In this document: positions 1 through 13,000 of the stretch, in pieces
How positions within the stretch are numbered: position 1 is the first letter of the stretch
Layout: each line of letters opens with the position of its first letter
Assembly (NCBI RefSeq): GCF_033153115.1
Contig: NW_026889764.1
Location: forward strand, 15,500,001 to 15,564,000
DNA length: 64,000 bases
Origin: Saccostrea echinata
Taxonomy: Eukaryota
Reading direction: 5' to 3'
Translations under genes and position numbers: made by a program
Notes under the pieces: generated by a model
What the model saw: the letters and a program-made list of their open reading frames with translations, nothing else
The model's database searches: none
Told to the model about the DNA's origin: nothing

Positions 1-424
1 GTTGTCAATCGGACAGAAAGTCTGAAAAAAGTATCATCTTATTGATATCTTTTGAGTTAAACAGCCATTGTGCTCCTCTGCAAAAGGGAAAAAGAGATAC
101 AAATACCAGTACTTAAAATCATTTTGTTTAATTTATATTTTTTTTTAAATTGTTATTATTATTATTTATTTTTTGATTAAACATCTTTTGATATTTGATA
201 ATTAATATTCAGTTCTGCATAATATTTAAAACGCCATATTTAAAATATAACTTCTTTTCTTTAAATTCTTCTCATTCATTTAATGATACATGTGTACATT
301 GTGTATTCATCTTGTGTATTTATTTTACCTTTGTAGATATGGTTATATCTACATTGCTAAAAAAGTATTAGAATTCATGCTGTTGCCAAACAAATGAATT
401 TCTAATTTCAAACTATATTTCATC

Positions 425-2102
425 ATGACATCAATACAACGGCTTAAAACATGTTCCCTATGTCCAGAGGGAATTCGATATGTTTGCGAAAATTGTCAGA
501 ATAGTTTCTGTAAAAAAATGTGTGTACAGACACGTAGATGGGCTTAGACAGCTTCAACATTCCATAGAACTGTACAGGTACACGAACTCTAACATGGTAA
601 TTCCATCCTGCAACAAGCATCCTAGCTACAAACTTGATACATTCTGTCGACAATGTAGTGTCCCACTTTGTCTCAAATGTTGGACAACATCTAAAGTCCA
701 TCTTAAACACACATTTGGTTACATGAAGGAATTCATAGATATAAGAAAAAAAGAAATTTTAGCCGAGTCGGACATCTTAGAATCAGATATAATACCAGCA
801 CTGCTAAACAAAAGCACCTCTTTGGAAAAAGAATTAACAGATGCAAAAAGTGAATTTGATGATGCACTAAGGAAGGCAGAGGAAACAAAATGCAATATCT
901 TTGATGACGTAAATACAGTTTTTACTACTTTTCAGAAACGAATGAATAATGAGAAAGAAAATGTGCTGTCAAAATTTCGAAACCAGACTATCGAGGTGAA
1001 AGACGCTCATTCTAAAGCATTGCAGGTGCTTCACAGGAACCGTTTAATGCTTCAATTGAAAAATGAAAATGAAATTTTAAGGATTATACATTGCAATAAG
1101 GAAAATGCATACTTCACAAGTCCTTCTTTTCCCTGTGACGTTCAAAATGATCTGGGTTCTCCTATATTTGTCCAAGGTAAAGCTTTCAATCTGGTACAAG
1201 AGGTCCAAGCTGGTGGGTTCGGAAACCTGGTGGTTGACCTCTACTATAATTTTGCAGAAGGCACGGTCTCCCGTGGGGGACCGGGGTTGCTGAACAAAGC
1301 TTTCGTGATAAAAACAATTCAGACAAAAAGGGACATTTTGCGCTTTGCATATCGGGAATCTGGTTTATAGATATGTGATAATAATTTTATGATTTTCCAT
1401 TTAGATTTATATGGATGTTCTGATAAAAAACATGTAATGTAAGAAAGAGTCCAACACGACCACATGACATTACGATAATGAATAATGAAATATTCTATAG
1501 CAGTGAAAGAGGGTGTTTTCGTTGTGGAAAAAGGAGATTCAAAACTGTGTCTATCAACTTCTGGTTGGAAGGCCGAAGGATTGTGTGCAACAAGTACACA
1601 TGAGCTTCTGATTTGTGTCTCCAATTCGTCTTCACAGGAGGTTAAGGTTATCAGATGTGATCCATCAAGGACCAACCCTGAATTAATGATAACACAAGAA
1701 ATTCAATTCAATGGAGAACATCCTTTATTTCTTTTCGGAGAACTCCACCACTTTATTGCAGAAAACAAAAACGGAGACATCTGTGTCTCTGATACAAATG
1801 CTGATGCAGTTATTGTAGTCGAAAAATCTGGAAAATTCAGATTTAAGTACCAAGGAAAAGTTGTAATTGGAAAAATGTTATTTAGGCCTGACCAAATCAT
1901 CACGGATTCTCTTTGTAATATTATTGTCACTGATTTTATGAATAATTGTTTACATATTCTTGATCAAAATGGCTTGTATCTAAAATGTGTAGACAACTGT
2001 GGATTAGACTTTCCTATACCCTTAGAAATAGACAAGAATGGTGATCTGCTGGTTGGGATGTTCTTATCTGGGCAGATTAATCTGATACGTTATCGCACAT
2101 GA
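425..2102 (+). pseudogene. Intronless B-box/B-box/coiled-coil/NHL beta-propeller TRIM-like gene (RING-less oyster-type TRIM), disrupted
   Basis: ATG at 425 gives MTSIQRLKTCSLCPEGIRYVCENCQNSFCKK. This joins CVYRH...H of ORF 480-1370 to form B-box 1 only if one A is removed from A7 at 512-518. B-box 2 is CNKH...FCRQCSVPLCLKC...HLKH, followed by a coiled coil. NHL-like motifs (ENKNGDICVSDT, FRPDQIITDSLCNIIVTDFMNNCLHILDQNG) lie in ORF 1485-2102. There is an in-frame TAG at 1368-1370 and two further compensating shifts near 1425-1430 and 1511-1513. Confidence 0.75.
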
Positions 2103-2845
2103 TGAATTACATAGAAATCATCTTTACACTATATACACTGGTAATCAAGATTCCTGTAATCAGATTATATTTTCTTGAAAACATCTTTCTGCATAAAATT
2201 TGAACAGTGTGGGATTCTTTTTCTTGTTGATTAACAAACCGCTTCGCTCCATATAAATCTCGGATGTTATTGGTGGAGGAATATGCAACAAATCGATGCA
2301 TTTCGTCGCCGGAACTACCTTTTAACTTATTTCATACATGTACTTTGTCTTGCATAAAGTTCACCAAATTTATTTTTATCTTATCTAATGTCTCTTTGTA
2401 TATTGGTTTTGATTACAACTTTCTGCTAGTAGTATTTGAAATTTTAAAATAAACTGATTTTGGACATGCCACAAAGTAAATCGTAATTTAAAGGAATAAT
2501 ACTTGAAGGAATTTTCAAATGGATCACATGATAGTATACATGGTATAAGCAAAATTATTGAACACTGTCCTCCACTGGCATGAAAATAAATATCCTCACT
2601 CGAAAAATTTTGCCCCCCCCCCCCATTTTAAATGGTCCTCTCCTTAAATGCAATACATAATTACTTGATACTTTCAATTTTGCTAAGCAAGATGCTTGCC
2701 GATGAACAGTTGATCAGACAACATTCTTTTGTTAACAACAGCGCGTTCGATTTTGAACGCTCACATTTGGGACGTATTGTATCGGGGCATACATTCAAAC
2801 CCACCGTTCCATAAAACGCTGAGTTATATTGAACGCTAAAATTCT

Positions 2846-3015
2846 NNNNNNNNNNNNNNNNNNNNNNNNNNNNNNNNNNNNNNNNNNNNNNNNNNNNNNN
2901 NNNNNNNNNNNNNNNNNNNNNNNNNNNNNNNNNNNNNNNNNNNNNNNNNNNNNNNNNNNNNNNNNNNNNNNNNNNNNNNNNNNNNNNNNNNNNNNNNNNN
3001 NNNNNNNNNNNNNNN
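2846..3015. other. Assembly gap (N run)
   Basis: Run of N. Confidence 1.
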
Positions 3016-6000
3016 TGGTACAGTAAAATATTGATATATCCAAGGGAAAAAAATCAAGAATCACAAGACGTCGTAATCGTAATTGCTTATCTTAATTGGC
3101 TAATCAATTTACCGAGACATCCCTGACTTGCAGATAATGAGGTGTAAACTTTAAACTACCTAGTGTTTAACTTTTATCCATTGAAGACATTCAAACAGTA
3201 TTATTAAAACAATTCATAGCTCTCAAAACACTTATTTCAATACAGAATGAAGTAGTACTAGGGTGAATTTAAAAAAAATGACCACCAAACTGAATTTTTT
3301 TGGTAAAATTCAACTACTCATAACATATTTTTCACTTATATCATCATATTGCACATGCATTCTAGTTTAAAATCCTGAAGTGGCAATAGAATAGACAATT
3401 GGATTAAAAAGTTTCAGAATTTTTATTGGTAAAATTTCTTTTGAAAAAAGAAAATATCATTACACCTTAAAAGACTTTCTAAAATACATAATCACAAGAA
3501 ATTATAGTTTTTTATGCTTCAAAATGGTAAAAGGGGTATAAATGATTAAATCTAGACCTTGAATGAGTATCTTCTCTTGTACATGTGACAAAAAATTGGC
3601 TTTTTGATTGTTATTTTACATTATTTTTTCAATTCGGGTTTGAAAAGTTTTAATATGAAAAAAAATACGAAGTAATAAAATTCCCCAAAATTCACTTCTT
3701 TGTCCGTTCAAGTCAATTCTTTAAATCTAAACCAAAAAAGAATTGTTATATTCGAGTTCTCTTACGAAAAATACTAGATTTTGAAGTGACCCTATGTTAC
3801 ATTATTGTGTTGCACTCCTGACATCTGATATGTATTTTATTTAACATTGTTTTAAAAATTATAACACACAATAACCCATTCTTACTTTGTAAATCAATTT
3901 GTCTTGTTGATATTTTTCATCGTTTACAGCAGGTCTTTCATATTTTGAAGACCTTAAAACATGATTATTTGCAAAGTGTAATATATAAAAATTGTATTTA
4001 AAATATATGTGAAATGATGAAAACTATTCCCTGAACTGACTGTAAAATTTCTGTAATTTGTTGATAGACATAGTGTTTCGAACATCAAATAGTATCAAGC
4101 ATTTTTTTCAACTTAATTTTTAGTAAAGATAGTTAAAAAGCATCGGTAATTATGAAGCAGTTTTGTTGCACTCCTGACTGCAGTAAAGTTTAAAATTAAA
4201 ACCATAGAACACAAAAATTCATAAAGTGTTGGCAACATCAAGTGGTAATGAAATTGTGCAATACTTATAGTCCAATACTTCATAATTAAAACAGATGAAA
4301 GTATTTAAAATTCGCATTTTATCTGGAATTTTACCCTATTTTATGCCAAAAAACTAGCTTAAATGTATATTTAGAAGATAAAATATATTTTAAAGCATAT
4401 TTTCCTTTAGAAGACAAACACAGTAACCTACCAGAAAAATTCTACTCATCATTTTTTCTTTATTTTTATTCTTATTGGATGATTTATAATTCTAACATAT
4501 TTGTTGCACTCCTGACCAAAAGCACTGGGGCCTTTAAAGTAGAATTGTGATGTGAAAATTACATAAGAACTTGTTCTGTTGTTTCAGTGAAGTTGAGGAG
4601 GAATTACTCGAATTCTATGACAATGTTTTAGAGTGTTTATTTTTACCGTTCATTAAAAAAAATCACAAAAAAGATAAAAACACATCTGAATTGATAAAAT
4701 TGAAAAAGGAAAGATTTAATAATAAAACTGTCAATAATTTAGCATTAAATCATACAAAAAGATCATTATTAATCAATGAATACTTCTAAGCATGAATAGA
4801 AGTCTTTTCGTCACACAACTTGAATCTTTAAAAAATGTGTTGCACTCCTGACCATAGAAATATGGATCTGAGGCACAGACAGATCCTGTTATTGATAAAT
4901 CTATTTGGTAAAAATGTTCTTTGTGTCTTTATTTTCCAAAATAAAAATCAGAAAATCATATAATGATAATAGTTTTTTCATGCTTGGGAGCAAAACATCA
5001 AATGTTGCACTCCTGACATTTTTGGGTATGCACATATACTTGACTCTCATTAATGCTGCTTGTGATTTACATAACATTTTCAAGTTTTAAAATGTATATC
5101 AGTTATTATTTTACACTTCCAAAATTCCTTTTTGTCTTAATTTTCTATCAGAATTTTACAATTGATGTTTTTTTGGCAACACTACATTTTATCTGTTGCA
5201 CTCCTGACATGGTATAACATATTTTTAAACATCAGCCATGACCACAACCTGATTAACCAAAAGTTATGACAGTCCACATTTAAAGATCAATACTTTGAAT
5301 ATTATCAGGAAAGTCTTTATTTTCAACATGAAGCATTTTTTTATTTCACAGATCTCCAAAAAATATTGAAATTTCAAAATGTCACAAAAGGGTGTTGCAC
5401 TCCTGACAATTTTAGCATCATTTTTGGGCATAACTTTTTTTGTTAATTGAGATATCAACGAGATATTTGGCAGGTATTTAGACACTATCTAAAGACATAT
5501 GCTGAGACATAGAAATCTATTTTCATTGCCTGTATTTTTAGTGTGGGTTGATAAATATGCGTTTGGTCATTTTTTTTTTTAATTCACCCACTATTAGTTT
5601 AATTACTTAAAGACACATTTAATTTACATGTTTATTACTAAGAGTTCTAATTTACTTTTTTAAAAAAGACACGTAAAGGAATGTTTAATGTGCACTGTCA
5701 ACATACGGGCAGATCAAATACTTCTAATGAAGTATTTCACAATAAAATATTAAATAATTTTTGCAACAAGTCAATAAATATGGAGGTTTAGATCCAAGGT
5801 TGAAAGGAATAATTAATTCCTTGGCATATTTTATTGTAGGAATCATGTCTTCATTTTCCATGGTAGAGAATCCCTCATTTGGGCATTTAGTGAGAATGTT
5901 AGCCAGAATAAAACCTTAAAAGAATCTCCACTGAAACTGCAGAAACACATTCAAACCTCAATGGATAACATCAACATTTACCATTTAAATATTGCTTTGA

Positions 6001-6182
6001 TATTTGAAGGGATAAAAACTTGGAAGTAATCGATTATTAATCGATTACATCTTCCAAAGTAATCGATTACAATCAATTACAGGACAAAAATGAGTGCAAT
6101 CGATTAATAATCGATTTCACTAATTCCTCTAAGTAATCGATTATCAATAGATTACATTTTTCAGTAATCGTGCCCATCCCTG
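3016..6182. mobile_element. Right part of a putative hAT-like non-autonomous DNA transposon (left end probably in the gap), interrupted by the Sola2-like element
   Basis: Ends in CGTGCCCATCCCTG (reverse complement CAGGGATGGGCACG) at 6182. Four perfect palindromic TAATCGATTA subterminal repeats at 6027, 6038, 6060 and 6134. A related GTAATCGTAAT lies near 3073. Confidence 0.45.
3261..5589. mobile_element. Non-autonomous TIR DNA transposon, Sola2-like (copy 1)
   Basis: TIRs GGGTGAATTTAAAAAAAATGACCA / TGGTCATTTTTTTTTTTAATTCACCC; 4-bp TSD ACTA on both sides. GRG...CYC termini plus a 4-bp TSD are Sola2 hallmarks. No transposase ORF. Second copy at 9498-11810. Confidence 0.85.
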
Positions 6183-6189
6183 GTACCAA

Positions 6190-6672
6190 CAGGGACGTAT
6201 ATACTATCGGGATAGGCAACTCCTTTAGCTGTTAATTTGCCCAAAATGTCACACACAAAATTACAAGTTTTTCAAAGTACGTTTATTTCTGGTAAAAAAG
6301 ATTTTTTTTCTGAAAAATGTAATCTGTTCTTTTTGTCTATTGGAATGACTTTGTAAAAAAAATTTAAAGCATACATTGTAAAGTAATTTAAATATAAAGC
6401 AAAAAACCATCAAATTAGGCGAATTATCGGAAATACGGGACATGTGTTGATTTTTTTTAATGTAGAACGTTATTATACTAAGATTAGGAGTAGAGTGCTA
6501 AAATCAAATCGTGACACATTTTTGAACAGATAAATAAAAGGGTTTTTCAGATATAATTCATAGCATTAAAGATACAGTATATTACTTTTAAATTGACTTA
6601 CGAAATCCCGCAACGTACGAGATATCGCGAGACTTGCGAAGTTGCCTGTTAGTACATGTATATACGTCCCTG
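6190..6672. mobile_element. MITE with 15-bp TIRs
   Basis: CAGGGACGTATATAC ... GTATATACGTCCCTG; flanks GTACCAA / GTACTAA suggest a 7-bp TSD with one mismatch. Confidence 0.7.
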
Positions 6673-7053
6673 GTACTAATCATTCATGGAAAGAATTTGT
6701 TTAAATCTATCAATTTTTGATAAAATACTAGTCATTCATGATTAAGTACAATTTTTGTAACAACACATTGATAAGTACATAATATGAGATATTCTATTTC
6801 ATTGCTTTTAATTGATCCAAGGAGTTGCTGGCACTCCAAGGAAAGATCGGCGCAGAAAATCACTGAGAATATATTGTTGTTGTTTTTTTTTAATTTTTTA
6901 GTTCGACCACTGTCCGTTATCTTCACTTATTTTATTTTACCGTACTGTCAATGTCTTCCTCGTTTTGGTAATTTAAAATTTGTGAAGCAACTAAAACGAA
7001 AAACAAACAAAAGTCAATACATCCACTTTCTGACTTTTCAGTCGTGGCGATCA

Positions 7054-10000
7054 TTAAGAATTGTTCCTCCTGACTTTCATCTCTGATCTTCTCAAATATT
7101 TAGTAATTTGGGTCCAAGTGTCCCAACTGGCTCCTTCGCCATCACCTTGAAATATAATAATCATTACATTCTCAAGCAATATAGTCCTTGTCATGGTTAT
7201 TGTACAATGATGGACAAACAGACAAGTATAAACAGATGAGAATGGTCTTGTGTTATATCATCTCGGAGACACACACATTACTGCTTGAACTGTACCATAA
7301 GAAAGTAGTTTACCAAGTGAAGAATTAGATTATATATAGAAGATACTGTAATATCTTTTTTCATACTTTACCCAAAGACAAAGGTGTTTTACCCCCCCCC
7401 CCTTCCCCCAATCCTTCTACTACTTATCTTTAGAACTTAACTTCTCGAAAGGTAATTAAGGTATTGATTTATTTTAAAAGGCTTGGTCCATTTTGGCAAA
7501 TATATCTGAAAAAAAACTAGTAAGCCGGCAAGTTGTACTATTTCAAAGTCCGTTTTATGCTTCATCTTTTTAATGACATCTGTTTTTAAATAGAACTTTG
7601 TCACCCTTCAGCAAACATCGAAAATACCTGCGTTTCCTGAGTAACCCAGTGCTGTAATTGTATAATTGTTGCTGGCATTTGCAATCAAGAAGGTACTGTA
7701 TTCTGCGTAAGTAGTTCTTCCATAGTGATCCACCATGTCTACACGTAATACGCTGTTCCCACTGGTCGTCAACAAGTGAAGTATTTCACTCCCTGAAGAA
7801 GAATGGAAAATTTCAGGAATATAAAATATTATAAAGCGATCATAACGAAACTGAAAAGTGGAACTGATTTCGGTATATATAATAATATTGTTGTTGTGCC
7901 ATATTAGTTTTATAGTTTCGTAGGCAACAATATATCATTATCGGTCAGATTGGTACAAAGACGGAAAATAAAGAATCTGTTAATCTATATCCAACAATTA
8001 AGTGCTAAACCCCAAGCAACGATGTAAACAGGTATTCAAAGCATATAATACCGATTTTGACTGGCTTCTGGATGCATATTACTCGCTTGTTCTTGGCGCA
8101 GTGGTTAGAGCGTTCGCTCTAGAGTCGAGGAGTAAGGAGTCGATCCCATACGTCGCGGGTTCGAATCCCACTGTGGGACGTGGAGACAGGTCCTTCGGAG
8201 ACCGTATGAATCGAGGTCTCGTGTCGCAGTAGGTGCTGGCACGAAAAAGATCCCTCACTGCTCAATGGCCCTGAGTGCCGAGTATAGGTCAAGATTTGCA
8301 GCTCTCCGCCGGCAAGTGGTGGCGTCTTCATATGAGTGAAAAATTCTCTCGAGGGACGTCAAACAATAAACAAACAAACAATGAAAAGACGTTGACTATC
8401 TATGTCAATACAAACCCAGCCAAAATTCTTGCGACAAATCTCCGAATCCCTTCACATAGTCTCCCCAAGGCCTACTAAAGTCCTCCGATCCGCTCAGCAT
8501 TCTCTGGAAAACCTGGATTTATAGAATAAATGTTTGGATGATTTTGATGCACAATATTGATAGATCCATCACTATTCTTATTGGTATGACGTCTAGCAAT
8601 TCTAGTATCCAACAAATCACGTCTTTTAAAAAAAATCTACAGACAATACAAATCTGTGAACAGAGCATGAAACAGAGCATGAAATTCTTGAAGTGGGATT
8701 AGGTGCCTAGGAGGAGTAAGCATCCCGTGCTGATCGGTCACACCTGCCATGAGCCGTATATATTGATCAGGTAGACGGGACATTCCGTATTCAAATTTAG
8801 CATAAAACAAAGGCATAACAATTGGAATGAAATAAGTCAGTCAAAATACGACCCAGTGATAGGTTATATAATTATATTTTTTAACAATGTCATTATAATG
8901 ACCATAGAATTTTCAAAATGCTGACTTTAAAAAAGTTTGCTGAAATCCGTGTAGCCTGCCTCGGTTTAAACATTGATCGTACTTAGAGCATGCTCTTGAG
9001 TATCAAATAAATTGGGAGATGTAAACACCACATGCGGGTGATAGCGAAATATAACTACACAAATAAGGAAATTTGAGGATGTAAAAGCTGATGTCATCTT
9101 GTTTGTCATACAATTTAGTTGTTAGTTGGCCCTTATTGTCTATAGTCAATAAAACATCCAAATATGAAACAGGTGGAACAGACTCTGTGGTGTCTTTACT
9201 TTCAAGATCACTGGGATATATCGAGTCGACATATGAATGGTAGTAACTATTGTTATATCGTCTGTATGTCTGAATGCCGAGGTGAAGACCACAACAAGTG
9301 TTTTCTTCGTCTCATTGAATTCATTACAATCGAGAAATTGAGAGTCATGGCCCAAAAATCACTTGACATTGAAACAGGACGTTGAAATACCTAAAGTCAT
9401 TGATAGTTATAACAGTGTAAAAATTAAATTAATTTTAATCAACAAACAAGGTGTCGTGGCCTTCATACATTTTTGACAGATAGCTTGACAGACATCCGGG
9501 TGAATTAAAAAAAAAAGACCACCAAACTGAATTTTTTTGGAAAAATTCAACTACTTCTAACATATTTTTCACTTATATCATCATATTGCACATGCATTCT
9601 AGTTTAAAATCCTGAAGTGGCAATAGAATAGACAATTGGATTAAAAAGTTTCAGAATTTTTATTAGTAAAATTTCTTTTGAAAAAAGAAAATATCATTAC
9701 ACCTTAAAAGACTTTCTAAAATACATAATCACAAGAAATTATAGTTTTTTATGCTTCAAAATGGTAAAAGGGGTATAAATGATTAAATCTAGACCTTGAT
9801 TGAGTATCTTCTCTTGTATGTGTGACAAAAAAAATGACTTTTTGATTGTCATTTTACATTATTTTTTTTCAATTCTGGTTTGAAAAGTTTTAATATGAAA
9901 AAAATATGAAGCAATAAAATTGCCCAAATTTCACTTTTTTGTCCGTTCAAGCCAATTCTTTAAATCTAAGCCAAAAAAGATTTTTTATATACAAGTTCTC

Positions 10001-13000
10001 TTACAGAAAAAAAACTAGATTTTGAAGTGACCCTATGTTACATTATTGTGTTGCACTCCTGACATCTGATATGTATTTTATTTAACATTGTTTTAAGAAT
10101 TATAACACACAATAACCCATTCTTACTTTGTAAATCAATTTGTCGTTTTGATATTTTTGATTGTTTACGGCAGGTTTTTCATATTTTGAAGACCTTAACA
10201 CATGATTATTTGCAAAGTGTAATATATATAAATTGTATATAAAACTATATGTGAAATGATGAAAACTGTTCCCTGAATTGACTAGAAAATTTCTGTAATT
10301 TGTTGATAGACATAGTGTTTTGAACATAAAATAGTATCAAACTTTTTTTTCAACTCATTTTTAAGTAAAGATAGTTAAAAAGCATTGGTAATTATAAAGC
10401 AGTTTTGTTGCACTCCTGACTGCAGTAAAATTTAAAATTAAAACCATAGAACACAAAATTTCATAAAGTGTTGGCAACATCAAGTGGTAATGAAATTGTG
10501 CAATATTTATTGTCCGATATTTTATAATTAAAACAGATGAAAGTATTTGAAATTCGCATTTTATCTGGAATTATTCCCTATTTATGCCAAAAAAAACTAG
10601 CTTAAATGTATATTTAGAAGAAAAAATATATTTTATAGCATATTTTCCTTTAGAGGACAAAAACAGTAACCCACCAGAAAAATTCTACTCATCATTTTTT
10701 TTAATTTTTATTCTTATTGGATGATTTATGATTCTAACATATTTGTTGCACACCTGACCAAAAGCATTGGGACCTTTAAAGTAGAATTGTGATGTGAAAA
10801 TTACATAAGAACTTGTTCTGTTGTTTCAGTGAAGTTGAGGAGGAATTACTTGAATTCTATGACAATTTTTAGTGTGTTTATTTTTAACATTCATTTAAAA
10901 AATCACAAAAAAGATAAAAACACATCTGAATTAATAAAATTGAAAAAGAAAGGATTTTAATAATAAAACTGTCAATAATTTAGTATTATTTAGTATTTAG
11001 AAAGATCATTATTAATTAATGAATACGTCTAAGCATGAATAGAAGTGTTTTCGTCACACAACTTGAATCTTTAAAAAAATGTGTTGCACTCCTGACCATA
11101 GAAATATGGATCTGAAGCACAGACAGATCCAGTAATTAATAAATCTATTTGGTAAAAATGATCTTTGTGTCTTTCTTATCCAAATAAAAATCAGAAAATC
11201 ATATAATGATAATGGTTTTTTCACGCTTGGGAGCAAAACATCAAATGTTGCACTCCTGACATTATTGGGTATGCACATATACTTGACTCTAATTAATGCT
11301 GCTTGTGATTTATATAACATTTTTAAGTTTTAAAATCTATATCAGTTATTGTTTTACACTTACAAAATTCCTTTTTTGTCTTAATTTTCTTTCAGAGTTT
11401 TACAATTGATGTTTTTTTTGGCAACACTACATGGTATAACATTTTTTTAAACATCAGCCATGACCACAACTTGATTAAACAAAAGTTACTACTGCCCACA
11501 TTTAAAGCTCAATACTTTGAATATTATCAGGAAAGTCTTTATTTTCAACATAAAGCATTATTATTTATTTTACAGATCTCCAAAAAATATTGAAATTTCA
11601 AAATGTCACAAAAAGGTGTTGCACTCCTGACAATTTTAGCATCATTTTTGGGCATAACTTTTTTGTTAATTGAGATATCAACGAGATATTTGGCAGGTAT
11701 TTAGACACTATCTAAAGACATATGCTGAGACATAGAAATCTATTTTCATTGCCTGTATTTTTAGTGTGGGTTGATAAATATGCGTTTGGTCATTTTTTTT
11801 AATTTCATCCATCCATTCCTTAAATAATAGGCTTTTTCCCTTTGAGGGAGACATAATTACAAATTTTGTTGGTAATTATTAAATACATGTATTAAAGTTA
11901 AAAACATTAAACTCAAGGGATTAAAAATTAAAACATTTTAAGTTGTATAATATTCACTGAAAGAAGGGACAAAACTTATCAAAGCCAATTGCTTTAATTC
12001 TACCAGGAGATTCTCCTATTTTGTAAAAATTGTGAAGTGTATAACATAAAAGTTTGTAATTCTCATGATCAGAAACTCTTATCCTCTAAAAAATCTTATT
12101 CACAAATGAAGGTTGATTCTATAAATGTACAAACCGTCCATGCAAAATTCCCTTCAAAAGAACAATACACTTTGACATGCTGTCCATCCATTGTGAGGTT
12201 ATAAATTCCGGAAGTGGTTGCAAAGTTAGATATGCACTCACAATCTGAACATGCTTCCTCTAAGAATGAAGAATGGATGAATTAATTTTCATATTGAATG
12301 ATTAATAAGAATATAGATTCTCTAATATAAACAACTATTATGAAAATGTAGAGATTTTTTTTATTTATCTGCAATATGAGTAATAAGAAAAGATTGTGTC
12401 GAATACACAAACCTCGAACACATTTTCGACTTGTTGATTCTAAAAAACTTCCACCTGCGCAAAATGGGTTTGTCTAAGAGGAGAGAAAATTGTCCTTCAT
12501 TATTTGTCTATGCAACTAGAATAAAGAAGAATTAGAAGTTTCTCAAGAGATTTCGTTTTCATTTCTAGAGAAAATTGTCAAAATATTTGATTATATTACT
12601 TATATCTAATTTTATTACCATTAAACCTTGCTTGCTTGCAAAGGAGAGGGGAACAAACTAAAATACATGCTAAAAAGTACCCACGGAAATATTTGCATGG
12701 TACCTGTAGATCTGTCTTTTATACAAACTAACAAATATGCATATATGTAGTAAACAACGAACCATTCGAAACCGCTTGCAGTCTGACCCAGATTTAGAGT
12801 TTGCCGAAAAAAAATTCCTAGAACCATTATTGAGTCGACATTGCCCAGCCTCCTTTGGCCCACAAATCTCAATGGCCAAACATAACTTCTCGTCCAAACA
12901 CATTTTGGCACATCGACGCTTGGTCATAAAAGATGAAAGTTCATAGATAGCCAATGTCCCGGTGTTATCACTTCTGGAAACTATCTCTGTGAATACGAAT

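Noticed and set aside
2795-3064. ORFs spanning N runs (also 13489-13674 and 48474-48751)
   Set aside because: Artefacts of assembly gaps.
3808-5407. CRISPR-like repeat-spacer pattern of the 15-mer
   Set aside because: Eukaryotic context, repeat too short, spacers 150-340 bp and irregular, no cas genes, and it lies inside a TIR transposon.
7475-7515. Candidate missing FReD exon after TTTTTTTTCAG (minus strand)
   Set aside because: Translates DIFAKMDQAF-stop with no FBG motifs; it is not the missing segment, though it could be a cryptic terminal exon.
8087-8180. Possible tRNA gene
   Set aside because: A and B boxes are present, but no proper cloverleaf; it continues into a SINE core and (AAAC)n tail, with a second degenerate copy in the window.
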